Origin: Ascidiella aspersa | Lineage: Eukaryota | NCBI GenBank assembly: GCA_963924565.1 | Contig: OZ004609.1 | Location: forward strand, 24,614,001 to 24,678,000 | Direction: 5' to 3' | DNA: 64,000 nt | Part shown: piece by piece, positions 1 to 15,500 of the stretch | Layout: each line of letters opens with the position of its first letter | Numbering within the stretch: position 1 is the first letter of the stretch | Translations under genes and position numbers: made by a program | The notes under the pieces: generated by a model | Database searches by the model: none | Told to the model about the DNA's origin: nothing | Seen by the model: the letters and a program-made list of their open reading frames with translations, nothing else

Positions 1-532
1 GATTCCGTCGCCTGTGGGGGGCCAGCTTACTCGCTCGTTTTCTGAAAAAGTATATTTTTACCGTACACCGTATACTACTTGTTTTATGTGTGCCCTGTAA
101 CGTTTTTATACTGGGAAAACGTGAGCGCTTCGTTAAGTATGAAACTACGAATATCGTGTATTTTTCCCCCAAATTACCCTTCGGAGTGCACAAAAATAAA
201 CCGCGCAAAAACATTTGAGATTTGTGTCCTTTTATGCGCAAAGTATGTCATTTATTAATGTAAATATGCCTAAGTGTCCCAACTATATGTTACGCTTTTT
301 GGCGATGTTATCTTCTGTGCGAAGTTCCGAGCAATATTCGGCTTTAAAAAGAGGAATTAGGGCGATACACAAAAGTAAATGGTCGTTAGCTGCCTGAGAA
401 CTTTCTTATTATAATTTGTTTTCCTTGTGCTTTTTCTGCGATTTTATTCATTCATAAAAAAAAATATTACAAAACCTTGACAGGAACGTCCGCATAAATG
501 CTAGCTTTCTCATTAACTATCTTTTGACTTAC

Positions 533-3500
533 TTCTCCTTCTCCGGTTGGTTACTCTTGGGTGTTCCGTCCTCGTTGATGTTGTAGTAGGTGCTCTTCGG
601 GTCCGGGTTGTCGACGAAGATCGAGGGATCCGACTTGGACCTTCTCGGCGAAACGACGCGAACTGGCCGCCGGGGGGCGATAGAGTCGCGTAAGGTGCCT
701 TTGAGTTTCGCGAAAGTACCTCGTTTCATCGCAGATCTAAAAGTTTGCAAGATGAAAAACATGCCATACCAAACAACTTTTTTTATAAACATCAATACGT
801 AAACATTGTTTAGACTTTGGAACGTGGTCCATTGTTGTTTTTCTTTTATTGTTTGTCTAGATTCTAGAAAATATATATATATTTTCGCCTATAGTTGCAA
901 TTATATTTCCCTGATAGGTAATAGAAACGTTGGCACTTAAATTTTTGCCGGAAAAACAGTGTAACAACTTAAACAATGCCTGGCAGCAACAGCATATTAA
1001 TTTAAAGATTGTTTTAAAACGGAAATACGTCGATTAACTATACTTCCAATGCGATTTTAGAGATATACCAGGTATTACAGTTAATAAAAGAAAAACCCAA
1101 ATATGCGGTTTATTGACAGCATCTGCAAACGATGGCATTATTGCCACCCTAGCAGCAGAATGTAGCCAATGAAAGCCAACGGGAAACCAGTTCCAAGCGC
1201 TAACTGGAAATACCCGACAGTTGGGTTACGCTTAGATTGTTGACCGTAATCATTGGGTGGATTAGGGGTCAGCAGACGGGGTAAGGTTAGGCGGTGCGTA
1301 AGGTAGCTATAGGGTCGAAGCGGTTACGAAAAAAACGGTGTTGTTTCGGGAAAAACAGTTAATATGGTAAGTGTTGACATTCACATAGGTAAACACCAAA
1401 CAGAAATACGATCTCCTCGCGTCCTTTACATTGAAACAATAAAGCAATTCCATGTTGAAGTTTGCTACAGTCTACTGGCTCGAACAAATAAACAGCGTAC
1501 CGTACACGTATACTCGATCTCGAGATTCTATCTTAATCAGATAAGAGGAGAAAAATGCAGGAGCTACGCTTTAACAGCCTCTAAATTGTAGGTGGTAGAT
1601 CTTTCACATGGGCAACAGAACGCTAGTCCCACGCTAAACCAACTACACTGCATTTTGCTTGAATATACAGTAATGTGGTGACAGAGCACATGACCTAATC
1701 TAAAATAAACGGCACCGTCATGTCAGACAACAATTTGTTGTTATTGAAAGTAACCAAGGGTCATTCTATAACGAACAACATCGGAAAACTAATCTTTAAT
1801 ATACTCTGCCATACAAACAACGAAAAATTCAATTTTACTGATTTTCAACAGTTACAATTCGTCAAAAGTATGTCGATTTTTGATATAATACCAGTCCTGC
1901 ATTTTGCGTATAAAATCAACAAGGATTTTGGTGAGAATGTCTCTGCGGTCTCAGGCTTTAAGGCCCAATGCCAGTTAACCGACCACTGGACGAGCGTTTA
2001 AGCACCATAAGCATGAAATTTCGACGATCAAAACGTCAAACTTAAATCTTTCTTCCGTCAATTCCTCAAAAACAATCGCGTGTCTAATCTCCTGTTTTTT
2101 AATAGTTTTAGTTTTCGCCTGATCCGAAACAAATGTCCCTCGGGTATTTAATTAGGGGATCCACCCTGTGGCAGATGATATCTGGCGTCTCCTTGTGGAA
2201 GAAACCATCAATTAGTGCTTCCCACATCCCAATATGTTCAGTCCTAGTATCGGTATATGTCCGATACTCTGGAGGTATCGGTGCCTATTTGGTGTAATCT
2301 GGTGTAAATAGGGTTTTCAGACATTTTTCGCGATATAATGCAGTGATTTTTACTTCAAAGCTTAATTTTATCAAAAAACGTGTTTGGCAAAAGCCACACT
2401 ACCGCCTTTATTGCTCGAACTGTTTTGCGCTATTTTGCAGGCCTTGTAAACTTACTAAGACTTTTAAGTTGTCTTGCAAAGAGGCGTACGTATGTCTGCT
2501 ATCTGTTCACTGCGTGAAATAAATATGCCTCTCACCTGAGCGACGGAACCCCGCTGTCAACATCCGACTGGACTCCAGTGGAACTGTCGGCGTCGGAGGC
2601 GAGGACGCTGGTGGCGGTGTCCGAGTCGTACTCCCGGTTGGTGAGAAGATTGCGACGGAGGTGGGTCCCGCTCTTGTTGAGTAGCTGATGACGCAAAGCG
2701 CTCTTCTTCAGGTCCAGAGCGTCCTATAAAATAGATAAGGACGTTGAAAGTAACGGTGGTTCGTGATTTAATATGTTCCTTTGTAATTCTACTTGCTATA
2801 GGCCGCTTTGAAGCGTATAATACGAAATTTATAAATGGCGATAATTGACTATGAAAGCAGTCCGAGACTAAATTGTTTCTAGAACATAGGAATTTCTAGT
2901 AAATTACTTACAAGTTTCTTATTTCATATAGGTCACCATGTTTAAAGTACCGTATGCTAAATAAGCGAAACCGAAGACCTCGACTGGCCTATACTGGATA
3001 ACTGAGCTTCCTTGCACGATTTGTATTTTTAATCGGACGCGGGCAGCCGTGCCAGCTTGAGAGCATTTTTGCCGTTCAGATTAATGAAACCCGGTGTCAA
3101 ATTACACAACGGCCCGCCACCGTTAAGCCGCAATGTCCGCCGAATTCTGTCTGGTCTTTGTCGCGCGAATATTCCAATTCATGAATTATGTAGGTTGGAT
3201 TGGGGCAGTTTAAATACCAATTTATTTGTTATACTTCGTGCCTTAGAGATAAAGTTTTAGTCCCAAGAAAAAAGATCAAAGAAAAATTTTGGAAGCAAGG
3301 TTGACAAGCAAGCTTGTATTAAAAAACATTTTAAAGAACTTCTTTTTAAGGAAATGTTGTTCGGAAATCTACTTAGCAAGCAACTTGTGCGCCTCGGCAT
3401 TAATTCATATACACAGCAATTAGTGCTGTTGCTTCCAGGCGATTGCCAAAGCAAGACTCCGCAACCGCAGTAGACAGTGCGCAAGACTGCATTATTCGAT

Positions 3501-6500
3501 AAGATATCCGACTTTGGTGGATACAGGAACTTTAATTAGTTTTTCGCCGCCGGCGATGAGACATTTTGCCTTAAACAAGCCTCGTTGTGTGGCAGATATT
3601 TGTCGTCTGTTCAAGTTTGACCATGTGGCCAATCCTCGACGCTATTTGTTAGTAGGCCAAGTGATTAATCACGAAGCACTTTAGGTGGTTCACCGGTTTG
3701 ACGTGCGTTGGCACTTTGTTCATCTAGAGGAAAGTTCCAAGAGAAACAAATGCCCGAGGACACGCCATTTCAAAGAAAAACTTCGGAAAAAAATTTAAAA
3801 TCTTTAGCTTCTAAAAACGACATTTGTTTCAGTTGTGACAAAAATTTTTGATCTACATTCTATTTCGTAATTTTTAATAGTAAATGATCTGATGTTTTCC
3901 TGACAGGCCAAATTGGCTAGTATTTTAATCATTTTATAATGTCCTCTGTTTAGTTACTGCATTATGGCATTCCTTTAATAGAATAGTGTTCACCGTGTAA
4001 ATTTTGTTTAACAAATAAAAAACTAATTGCAGTGTGCTAAGCGACAAAAGTCAGCAGTGCAAAACCAGCACGAGCATTGCTGTAAAGCAGCGGGAGCAGA
4101 TCCTTTGTTGCCACAACGTAATTAAGACGAGTCACCACAATGTAATTACGGCTTGAATAAACTTTCTCGGAATGCGGGTGTACGTGAAGGCTCATGGCGC
4201 AAAAAAGAGCAGTTCTTTTTTGAATAAGTGCTAACTGTTTTCCTTTTGATCGTTAAAAGATTTACTAGGAACACTATTCTCTAATTCGTGAGGTTAAATA
4301 GAAAAGCACGGCCCGATAGCAAAACTTACGTCAGCCTTTGAGTGTCTTTCGGAATCGGAGCTTGGCAGAGAATTGCTGAAACTGCTTTTCCTACTTGACG
4401 GCCTGGCGGGCTTTTGTGGTGGAGTGAGAAAAGCACGGTTGGTACCTGTGTTGCAAGTTTAGGATTTTACAGTAATTATTGAGCGAACAAAATTGTTCGG
4501 GACGTGAACTCACTTTTTGATAGCTCCTTGCATGGAAAATCTAGCGAGATGTACCTTGTGCACAACTAACCATATGCCAGGGGCGGTTAGAATTCACTTT
4601 AAAGTATAATCTATAGGCCGACTTTTTTGCTGTATTTCTTTTGCTAAACACCACTGAGCCGTTTTTAACTTAGACAATGCCAAATTTCAAGGAAAGTACA
4701 AACATGCTTTTTGTGTAACAAGAGAATTTAGGTATTACTGAGGTATAGCTACAACCGGCTTATGAGTGAAGCGTGTCAAAATTGTTACAGAAAAGTGTCG
4801 CCGCTGTACCAACGCCTTTATAGCTTTTGGCCTTTGCTACACGCTTCTTGGCAAGCGTGACCAACAATGAATACCAGACATATGAAAACAAATTCGCACT
4901 TGTCAGTTAAACCGGTGCCTGACACGAGACTAAGCAAACGTATTGGATTATTTTCGGCTTCGACATTTCAATGAAGTTGTCGTGACAATAAAAACAAACA
5001 AGCTCAAGCAAGAAGTTGCCTCGTCACAGCACGCAAGAGTAAAATGCATATAGGAGACATTAACATGATCCAATGAAAGTCAATGATTTTAAATGACTTG
5101 ACCTAAATATAATAGGCAAAATAACTTGATTTTAATTTGAGTGTGTTGATTAAATTAATATTATTTTTAATTTGGGGGTTAGTTTTACCGAACTTTTTGT
5201 TTGTAAAATCGTTTGCTCGCTATATGCTATACGTTTTTGTTGGTTGCTAAATAAATATGGCTCAGAATAGAACAATGAACAAATTTTGAATGACTTTGAC
5301 ATTACTTGCTACAACAATGTCTTGAAATAAGACTTTGACTGGGCTATTTTTCGCAAATAACTTATCTTGGCCCTAATTTATATCGCAAATGACTTGACTG
5401 GCACTTAAAAAATGACTTGTCTTATCAACACTGCTAATTTTACGATAAGGGTTGCACAATGCATTAAGGTTTAAAACTTATGTTGCAAGCATGCTTCAGT
5501 CACTTATTTGTCAGAGGTAACGCGGCACCAGGCCAAGTTGCAGGCGTAACCTATCGTATAAATGATTCATGCCACCGTTTTGAGCGGTGTCACACATACC
5601 AGAAGCGCTCAATATCAAACGCAATTGACAGGGCAGGGTTAAAGATGCGTGTTTTGGGGACAATTGTCTTGCTTTAAATAGAAACATTAATAAAAATTCA
5701 AACTAAAATGGATCACATATGTGATTGGACTCAACTTATTTAGCGTGGCATATCTCAAACATCAGGGTTAAAAATAAAAATCGATCTGCTTTTAAATTGG
5801 ATTTCTTTAAACGATCGAATCGAAAGTGCGCATATTGATCTTCCTAACCCGATTTATAATGACTTGCGGTATAACAAATGGGAAGCAGCCAACCTAGATT
5901 TCCGTAAGCATCAGAAGTCCTCTTTGATTTGTGATCAGCCGCTACTCCTTCGGAAGAGCTGCCAGTACTATGATCGCCATGAGCGCGCGAGGACAGCATT
6001 TTCTTAGAGCGGTGCGAAAGGGGAGAGTGCATTGCTTTTCCGGCTCCTTTGCTTGGACTGCTTGCGGCGGACCTGCAGTGGTAAACAATACAAAACTTAG
6101 GAAAATGTGGTCAACATTTGTGATTGGTCGCCAGCCAAAAATTTCATCTCGAAAGTTCGGTTTAAAATTTAATCGCGCAGGTGACTTATTAAAACTTGTT
6201 TGTATGTAGGCCGTAACGCGTTCAAAGTACAAAAATTCAACATACATATTTAAAAATACCACCCTCCCCCCCCCAAAAAAAAAAACAATACGCTAATGCC
6301 TATTTTAATAAAATAAATATTGAGTGTTTTACGTTTTAAAGGTTAATTCGTTGGATTTAACCAAAAAAACATGATTTTGCCTAAACTGAACTACTAGCAA
6401 CCTATTAAAATGAAGATGTATTATTTGTTGGCAACCGTTGCCGCACGCACATTCGCACATGCATTTGTGGAAGCGGAATGCGTGTCAAACTTGTCAATCT

Positions 6501-9500
6501 GCACTTTAGGTAAGCGGACAAATGCCACCGCGGTCGGTCTACAGCAAAGGGCGTGGGCCGACGCAAGCCAAATGTAGCTCTTTGGTAGCTTAGTGGCATT
6601 TACGCTGCGCTGCATTCCGTTCCGCTCATACTAGCACTTTGGTCCAGCGATGTCTTGGCGCTTGTCGCCACCAGAAAAGCATTGTGCAACTGTTTTTTCT
6701 GACCCTTACCCAGCGGATTTTACGCCTGACTGGGATTTCACGCGCGTCATTTTCGATAGTTTTACAACAGCAGGCCGCGCAGGGTATGTAAAGCAATGAA
6801 GGTTTTTTGTTTTTATTTTTGATCTCAATCAATGTGGAGAGCAACGAGCAAAGATTAAAATTAGGCTTGAAGGTGTTTTGTCTTTGCTTTTTATTCGTAA
6901 GCCGAAAAGTAAATAATATATTTACTCTAGTAAACTCTAAATTTTATTTCAAATTATGTTGCCTATTTTGGCTAAAGCATGAAGATTCCACGCATTATCT
7001 TGATAATTTGCATAGAACGGCGCCAAGAAAGTAATCCGTATCTCTGTGTCAATCTAAGGCCGTGACAAGAACATTTCACCTCAACCAATCCCCACGAAGA
7101 ATTTCACGGTCCATTAAGAGCGATAATCTAAGAGGCCTCACCCGGATTTCGGAGTCTGCTGTCGGCCCCCAGCGGCCGGACCCTGTTGGGGCGGATTGGG
7201 GCGCGGGGGGTTCCATTGCTCTTTTTCCGACACTTCGTCTCCCTTGTATGCCAGGATGGTGGTGAGCGCTTCAGTGGACTCTGAAAGGTCAACTCCTGTG
7301 CAACAAAAAACATAGACTGATTTATTGCAGTTGTTCTCCCACACGGACCCACAGGTTTGTGTAAAAAGGTGTGATCCATTAAACCAAGAAGAAAGTTTTT
7401 TGTTTGATTAGTGACCTGTTAATATAATCCTAATTCAATAAATGTGAAAATGACAGTCAAACTTTTAACCGCGCTTTAGGTCTACTTCTGTGGAATGTCG
7501 TTGAGGAATAAACACGTCCTTTGTTATGCGTAGATTACACAAACCAACGTCGTAAATTGATGTCAAGATCCAGATGCAAAAGACTATATTTTGCACAATA
7601 AGTTCGCATGACTGTGTCAAGGATCCGGCCTGAATTATATCAAGCGTGCTGTGAGAAAGTTCGGGCGAAGTGCACAGTTTGCCACGTTTATGAATGCACG
7701 AATGCAACCATAACCGCTCCGCGCATAAAGGCACTTCGCAACAAGACACAACGAGAAACGGGAGTCCCATTTTTGCCGAACGTGACATTCGGGCCTTACA
7801 CGGTTACGCTTGGCAGATAAAAGTCGGGCTCAATAAATCACTCGAGCCTGAAACGCAGCACGGTAAATCCGACTTTGAGCTTCGAGATGCAAACGCACCT
7901 GCAGCTTGTGATCTGAAAGCGGTATTTACGCCAGACAATGGGATCTCGTCGTATATCATTGCAAATTAAAAAAAAACAGGCACATGGTCCATAAAGCCAG
8001 GCTTCATATAGGGTACCTAACTTTCTTTGACGAATAAATATTCGAAAAAAAGGCACTATTAATATAATACGGTTAAAAACCTTAGTTAAACGTTCCTTCA
8101 ACATTTTTAAATTCGTTAAATGCAAAATATTCTGTTCGTTAAAGTATGTTATAGTATAACTAGAGAGCAAGTATAGAAGGTGATTCAGTGGGTTCGACAA
8201 CCATCTTTAGGAAAAACGCTATTTTAGCGGGCAGAATAAAAATATATATTTTAGAAGCACTTACAGTAGGCTAACTTAGGTATCAAAACAAGTTTAATTT
8301 CAAATTAACGGTTGTGTACATTATTAACATTTTAACATTTCTCGCCTATTAAACTAAAGTCACAGCGAATAAAATCTATTCATTTGTACATCATACTGCG
8401 TTTACATGTGTTTCCGGGTAGCGGACATCACGAAAATAGAGATCGAAATAAGTTACAGCTAACGGTGTCATCAGACTTGGAAAAACGATACGCCAGACCA
8501 CGTAAACCCTCAAGGCAGTGGCGGAGGCGCACTATCGCATCAAGCCATCGCTTTCGCCTTCGACGCGCGTGTCATTTAGAAGGAAAGGCGCCAAGTGGAA
8601 CGGCTAAGCCTGGCGCGGATCGAGACGTTCTGACTTGCCGATCGCCGCCGATAGCGGGAATGCGCGATTGCGCAGGCATAACCTGGCATGTCTACAAGAC
8701 GCGCTTGCCTCTGTTTGAATGCGCTGCAATTTGTAGCTCTTGTGTATGGGTGAATATTTCGCGGGACAGGTGTTTGTGCTACATTTATATTCCCATACAA
8801 AAGCATCTGGTGCTGTGCTTTAAACTTTATACTTTACTTGCTTACCACAACGATATGTTAAATTATAAACACACGCCATTTGCTGGTGTGTGACGGTTAA
8901 AACAATAGGATTTACAAGCGATTGGTAATAAAATAACACAACTTTTTACGTAATATACGGCACTGGAATGTCAAGCACAATTTAAAAAGTTTAAACTTCT
9001 TCACAGCGTTCAAATATAGTATCTCGTATTGTAAACCGCCATACGTCATACAACTCTCAGATTTTCTCCCCTACAACAATTGGTATTCTTTAACGGTCTA
9101 CCACCAATCCCAAGATGAAAAAAACACTAGTTTTCAGTAACATGCCTTCTGGATTTAAACCTCTATTTAATATTTTTCAATTTTTATTTTGTTTGTGGAG
9201 TACGCAAAGGTTAAAAACGAAAAACTAAGACAGGGGTGTATGTCAAATAATAAAGTAACAAATAACGCCTAGATAAGCCTACCTTTACCGAGAGGAACTT
9301 GGACAATGTCGGCGTCACCCTCCTCGTCTTCCTTCTTGTTTCGGAGAAGCTTGCGGAAGAAGCTCACCGGATTCCTGCCGCGACTTCCGCTCGAGTTTAT
9401 GTCTTCCTTCCTCTCGATAGACTTCGCTCGCCGATCCCTCTTCCTGGAGCTGCTCCTGCTCCTCCGGAAGAAGCTCCTGCCTCCTCGCTCCTCATCGTCT

Positions 9501-12500
9501 TCGCCGATGTTGATCTCTCGAGCCTCCAGCGCTTTCGGGTTCGGCCGTTCCTGAGACTTCGCGCGTCGGAACGAGCTGCAAGAAAAGTTAAAGTTAAATA
9601 TGTATGGGTTAGAGTTAAATATTAATCAATCACTTTTATACCAATTAGCACTTTGCAGCAATGTAATTTGAAAGGCCACTCTTGCCAATCCAAACCGGTT
9701 GCTTTAAAGCAGTGGTCGTCAACCTATGCGTCTCGACCACATATGGGTCGCGTAAACCCTTCTCTCACCAATGCCTGCAGTTTTGGTGATTTCTCGTGGG
9801 TGATACAAGCGCAGTGAATGAAATCAAAATGGTAAAACAAACAAATAAAATGTAGACTTGTGCATATTTAAGCCTAATCTTTCGGTTGTGTTATTTAGTT
9901 CAAGTATCAAACTGGGGTCTGATTTCAGTAAAATTAAATTGGGATCGGGTAATAAAAAGGTTGGAGACCACTGCGTTAAAGTAGCTTTATTGTTACAAAT
10001 CAATTCTGACCGGGAAACATGTTGATTTAGAAGCACTTTTACACTAAAGGCGAAATTGGGAAACAAATGAAAACATGATATTAAGATGTTTACCAATACA
10101 TGAATGGAAGAAATAAGTATATATTGTCGCTGGACCTTTTTTTAGTTAAATAGAACAAGAAAACTTTAAAACTAACTTAACGAACTGATTAGGATGAATA
10201 AAATAGGTAACTTACGAAAACTCTAAATAGGAAAGTCGAATAGGTACCATTTAACCAAAACAAGTTAACCCGAAAAAACTTAAAAACAACACCTAATTTA
10301 ATTAAAAAAAGTTGGCGCAACTTTGAATTTTACCTTCTCAGGAATTTTCTCTCTTTTGATTTGGAGCGTTCCGGAGACCGATCTTGTGACTTCGATCGTC
10401 TCCACTTTGACGACATCTTCTTGGATTTGTCGGTCTCGGTTCCGGTCGAGTCCTCCTCCGCTTCAGATGCCTTCGATCTTCTCCTGAAGGAAGAGCGCAA
10501 GCCTCTTCCGCGCCTCTCCAACACACGCTGCGACGCAGAACGCTCTTTTGTGCGAGGAGTCGAAACCTCGGATTCAACTTCTGATTTGATGCTGAACAAG
10601 TGTATATGATTTAAATAAATCCAAGTCGCCACCAGTAAAGCACCCATGGTCGTTTATTACACGATAAATATAATGCTACAGTTCCCTAAAACGTACTAAA
10701 AATAAAAGTGTAGGCTAAATCATATCTATACTTTTCGTATAGTTAAATAAAGCTAATTTTACAATATTTTGGTCGAATAAAAAATGGGTAACTATCTACC
10801 CTTATATAACCTTTTAGCTTCCCCTTAATTTAAGATTTTCGCCTACTTCAAAATAGCCCATTTTACCTTTGGCGGTCGGCCGATGATAGCTTGCTGTCGC
10901 GGAGACTCTGTTTATCCTGGGAAGCTTCGACGGACTTATCGGTCTCCGACTTGGACGGAGATTTTGATCTGGGAGGAGTGCGCGCTCTTCTGCTGCTGCC
11001 TCCGGGCGACTTCGAACGCTTGAGTAAGGACCTCTTGCGTCTCAGGCTGGGAGAGATGTACTTGCCCTCCTGGTTACCGCCGAGAAGATTTCGAAGCTGG
11101 AATCCGATGGAACGTGGCGCGGTTGAAGAAGGAGTGTCAGAAGAGTCGTTCTGGTGTTCCGAATCGTCTGGATGCGGACTTGTGGAGCCCTTAGATGGTG
11201 TTCTCTTGTGCGAACGGACAGAGGCGGGCGTCGAGACCGGAGTCGGGGCAGCGTCGGAAAATCCGGAAGTTTTCGATCTTTCGTCGACCAGCGGAGACGG
11301 AGGTGGAGACGAAGAGGATGTAGCTCCGGATGCTGATCCTTTCTTCTCGTCGGTTCCGATACCGCTGCTTGCTCGTGACCTGGATTCCCTTTCTTTCTCA
11401 GCTTGGGAGAAATTGTCGTAGCCAACCGGGTACCTCGGAAGCGGTGGTTTTGGTTTATACGGCGACTCCGGCGGTTTGATGTTGTCGAGAATTTCCTGGA
11501 CGCGGTTTTTCGCCTCTTTCTGTTCCTCCGTGTCTGGCGCTGGAAACCTCAACACCGGCTCGGGTTGGCCCTCTAAGCGGAAGGGGACTTCCTCGTACGG
11601 GTTGACGATTCCGTCGTCCAAGCTCTCGTCATAGTCCAATGAGCTAACTGGGAAGGGCTTGTACTCTTTGTTAGGTGTCGTTGCTAATTCCCGCAGATCG
11701 GGGGAACTGTTAGGGATGTGCCTGACTTGTGGCGACCGGTCCTCGGCTCGCGAACGAAGCGGCGACGTTGGTTTCTGCGCTTGGCGTTTCAGCGAAATTT
11801 CCTGCGACGCCGAATGCAAGTTCTGCCTGATGTCCGGAGCTCGATTGCGCGACGACGAAAGCTCGGTAGGTGGCGATTTTCCGTCCTTCTGCTGCTGGTT
11901 GTAGTGCTCAGTCGATTCGAAAACGTCCACGCTGCGTGAGGCTACTTTTTCGAAATTATCGCGGTCGAAGCTGCCGTTAGTTTCGTTGTTTCTCGTGCGA
12001 GGAAGGGTCGAAGGCTGCTGTTGCTGTTGCTGATATTGCTGTTTCACCTCTTGTCGTCTGTCGAGCCTACGGGCGCTGGGCGATCTGACCTGGGCCTCTG
12101 CTTTGGCGTTACTCTTCGAGCGCTGGATATTTCCTTTATGGCGGTCCAAGGCACTCACCGCCGAACTGTGACGCGCCAAGTGTTCTTCAGTGATGGACAA
12201 AGGAAGGCTGCCACGGCTCCCGGCCCTCTGTCGCGATAGTTCCGGTTCCGACGCCAAGGAATCGTTCGAATTGTGGCTGCCTAACTTGCCGGTGCTTCCG
12301 GAATGCCTCAGTTCCGATTTTTTCTTGTTGGACTTGGCGTATTTCTGCGAGTTCAATCGTTCTCTATGCTGCTCGGCCGCACGTTGTTCCTCTGCAGCCC
12401 GCCTTGTTTCGCCTGCAACACAAGGATGTGCCGGTTACACATGACGCCTGCATAAGCTTTAGAAGTATTGACGTCTTCGCAAAACCTGTGTGAACTAAAA

Positions 12501-15500
12501 GCTAAGTATAACAAACCTGGTGTATTGCCCAAGTCTTCGAGGGAAAATTGACTAATAAACCAAAGGCCGCGTCAACATATAAAGGAGCTTTTGTAAAAAC
12601 ATGTTAACCAACAGAAATCCACAAATTGAAACTTTAAACACGAATAGTGTTACTTGTGGAGAAATTTAGATGTTGATTATGCTTACTCTCTATCAAAATG
12701 AATACTTTTATTTACTCAGTTATTAAGTTTAGCTGAAGATAAAGGGAGTTTCTTTTTTTACCAATCAAAACTGAGAAACAATTCATTTTAGGTAACTCTA
12801 TAGCTTTCTGGTTATCGGCCGTTCAACACAAATCTACTACCTAACATATAATGAGAGCTACTAAAAACGTTGGTTACATTTAGGTTCAAAATAAACTAGC
12901 ATTTCGCGACACTGATGCACATTTTAAAATACCTTGAAATTAATAGAATTTGCGCAATGTGTTTCCTCATCAAGGTTCGTGGAAACAAATCGCCTTAACC
13001 TCGACTGCTCATTTAATCACTCGTACACAACACTTGTTTAGCCTTTGTCCGATCGACTATTAATGCCAGATGACTGAAAAGGCGTACATTAAGTCAGAAC
13101 TGAACACCCCACTGGAGTGGATCGCAGACACGACAGTGTTTACTTTACACGCGTCAATGATTAACTTTGTGTTTAGAAGCGGCGCGCTCAGACCCCTCAA
13201 AGCGAAGTTCGTCGTCACTTGTGCGTTTATGGATTGCAATTAATTATTCAGGCTCAGTTGCAAAGGCGGTGGCAGTTTTAAGGCGTCGGTCATAAATTCA
13301 TCACACCCGCTTTACGCGCTTGTCGTGATTGATAAATGATGACGGCTTACAGCGGCTTGAAGGAGGTTGGCATCGTACACTTTTTTACGGCTCTATTAAA
13401 TCAGCCAATAGGCGAGACTATTAGTTGCGTCAAAATATGCCAAATGGAAACGCGCTTTAACAGTTGATTCTGTGAACCCGGACAATATAAACAATAAATC
13501 ACAGCCTGGTGATTATAAAACAATTTCTAACCACTTACACTACATCCACTTTCGTATAATTAGTTGAAGCGTCTATTTTACCAACTAAGCTACAGTAAAA
13601 TCACTACTCCAATATCACATTTCCACTGCGCCAGACACTGCTACAAAGTACAAATGCCTAGTGAAAGTGTTCTGGTCTAGCACTGTTAGTACGGTTGTCA
13701 CAAAGGGAGTTGTGAGTTGGCACAGTGGCACTTTGGAGAAACCGCGAGATTGCCACGAGCCTCTAACAAAGGCGAGAAACCTGAACTGACTGAAACTGAT
13801 GCGCGTTTTTGTAGGTCGGTTTGAATGCCTGGAAAGTGCTAAACCCCACTTTCAACTATGTGCTTACGTTTCTAAGCATCATTTCAAGGAATCTTTAAAT
13901 GCAGTTAGACACAGTGTTCTGTGTATATTCTATTGGTTACGATTTAAAATTCGTGCATCGCAGTCTATTCACATAGGCCTAGGACCTAAGGCATCTTATT
14001 TGTCAGAGTTCAAATAATTTAGGTACCCATCACAACATAAATATATTTAAAATCTTCTGCATCTGACTAAATCTTTATAAACTTATAATTTGTGTGTTTA
14101 CCCTTTAAAAAACTGTTAATCTAGATAAACTGTTTACCAGAAGATGAACAAGCCAGGCAACAGTAAAACGTACAATAAAAAAATAATACGTATTTTATAA
14201 ATAAAAATGACTTAATAGACCATTACCTCCGTAGTTTTCTAAGTTGTCGTATCCGATCTCGTCGACCTCTTCCGACTTTGCCGCGCCGAATGAGCTCCTC
14301 CGGACTGGGGCGACTGGAGGAGGAGGCTTGGAGGTAGGAGCGGCTGAGCGCTTCTTCGGTTTGGGCTTCTTATTGACGCTGAAGTCAAGCGGGAAGTTGG
14401 GAGTGTCGCTCAGGTTGCCGTCTTCTTGCTCTCTCGACTTGCTCCTCTTCAGCGTTCCAACGGCCACTGCCTCGTTAAATTCGTTTACCGATGACATGAT
14501 GGAGGACGGGGTGAGCTCCTGCTCGTTTGAGGATGTCGATCGGCGGAATTGATCCGGCTGTCGGGGCGCCGGCATATCTACAATAGTCGGTTCGAGCTTG
14601 GACAAGTCCACCATGCCGTACGGCTCCACATCCGGCACCGTCCTTTCGGGCTCATGCCTTGAAATGGATTCGTTCTGGGAAGAGCGCGATCCCTCTGCGC
14701 TCCTGCCTCCGCTCACTGAGGACTCGGAGAGCCGACTTTCGCGCGACGTGTCCCGTTTGAGGACGTGACGCGAAGAGTGATGGCTCTCTGTGTCTTCATC
14801 GCTGATGAACTCGTAGTCGCCCTCGTTGTCGGCTGCCAAGTCTTTCGGCGCCGGGTGGAAAACAGGTCGTGGTTGACTCTCGAGTGGAAACGGGCGATCC
14901 GCCGCTTTCGGGGATGTAACGCTGGCAATCGGCTGGTTGTTAGGTCTCGGCGACTTCACGCTTCCGGGAAACAGCATCGGGTTGCTTTGCCAGCGAACGG
15001 AAGAAGCGTCCGACTCTTCTGTGGAACTGCTGGTCGACTGCATGGCCGTGCTGCTGCCGCCGCCGCGCGCCGAATGCTCGGACATGACAGTCTCCGTTTC
15101 GGTGGTTTCACCGTCCAGCTCGCTGTCTTCGTTGAGCGCGCGTCGGGAAGACGCTACACTGCTCAGTGCGCTTCCGCCCAGCGACGTGACCTGTTTACCG
15201 CCGTGGCGGGAGTTGAGCGTGTATTCCTCGGCGTAGGCGGAAGCGTCGTCTCCTGTTACTGAGGAAGCGCAAGACGATGAGTCGCCGTAAGTGCTGTCTT
15301 CTTCCAGAATAGGCGCCAGTGGCTCGTCCACCAGGGTCCTGGCGCGCACCTCCTCGGGCGAAAACTGCTGCGCTAGAAGCTGCTGCTGCATGATGGCCGA
15401 CGGCGTCAGGGTTGTCAAAGTTGTCGACAGAGCCGACGAACTCGCCAATGGAAAAGCAGGCTGCAAAGGCTGGGGCATAGGCGAAGGCATGTGCGGAACG

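Noticed and set aside
8384-8893. 169-aa plus-strand ORF (similarly 23576-24088 and 28574-29140)
   Set aside because: Non-ATG starts, no recognisable homology or splice support; intronic or intergenic.
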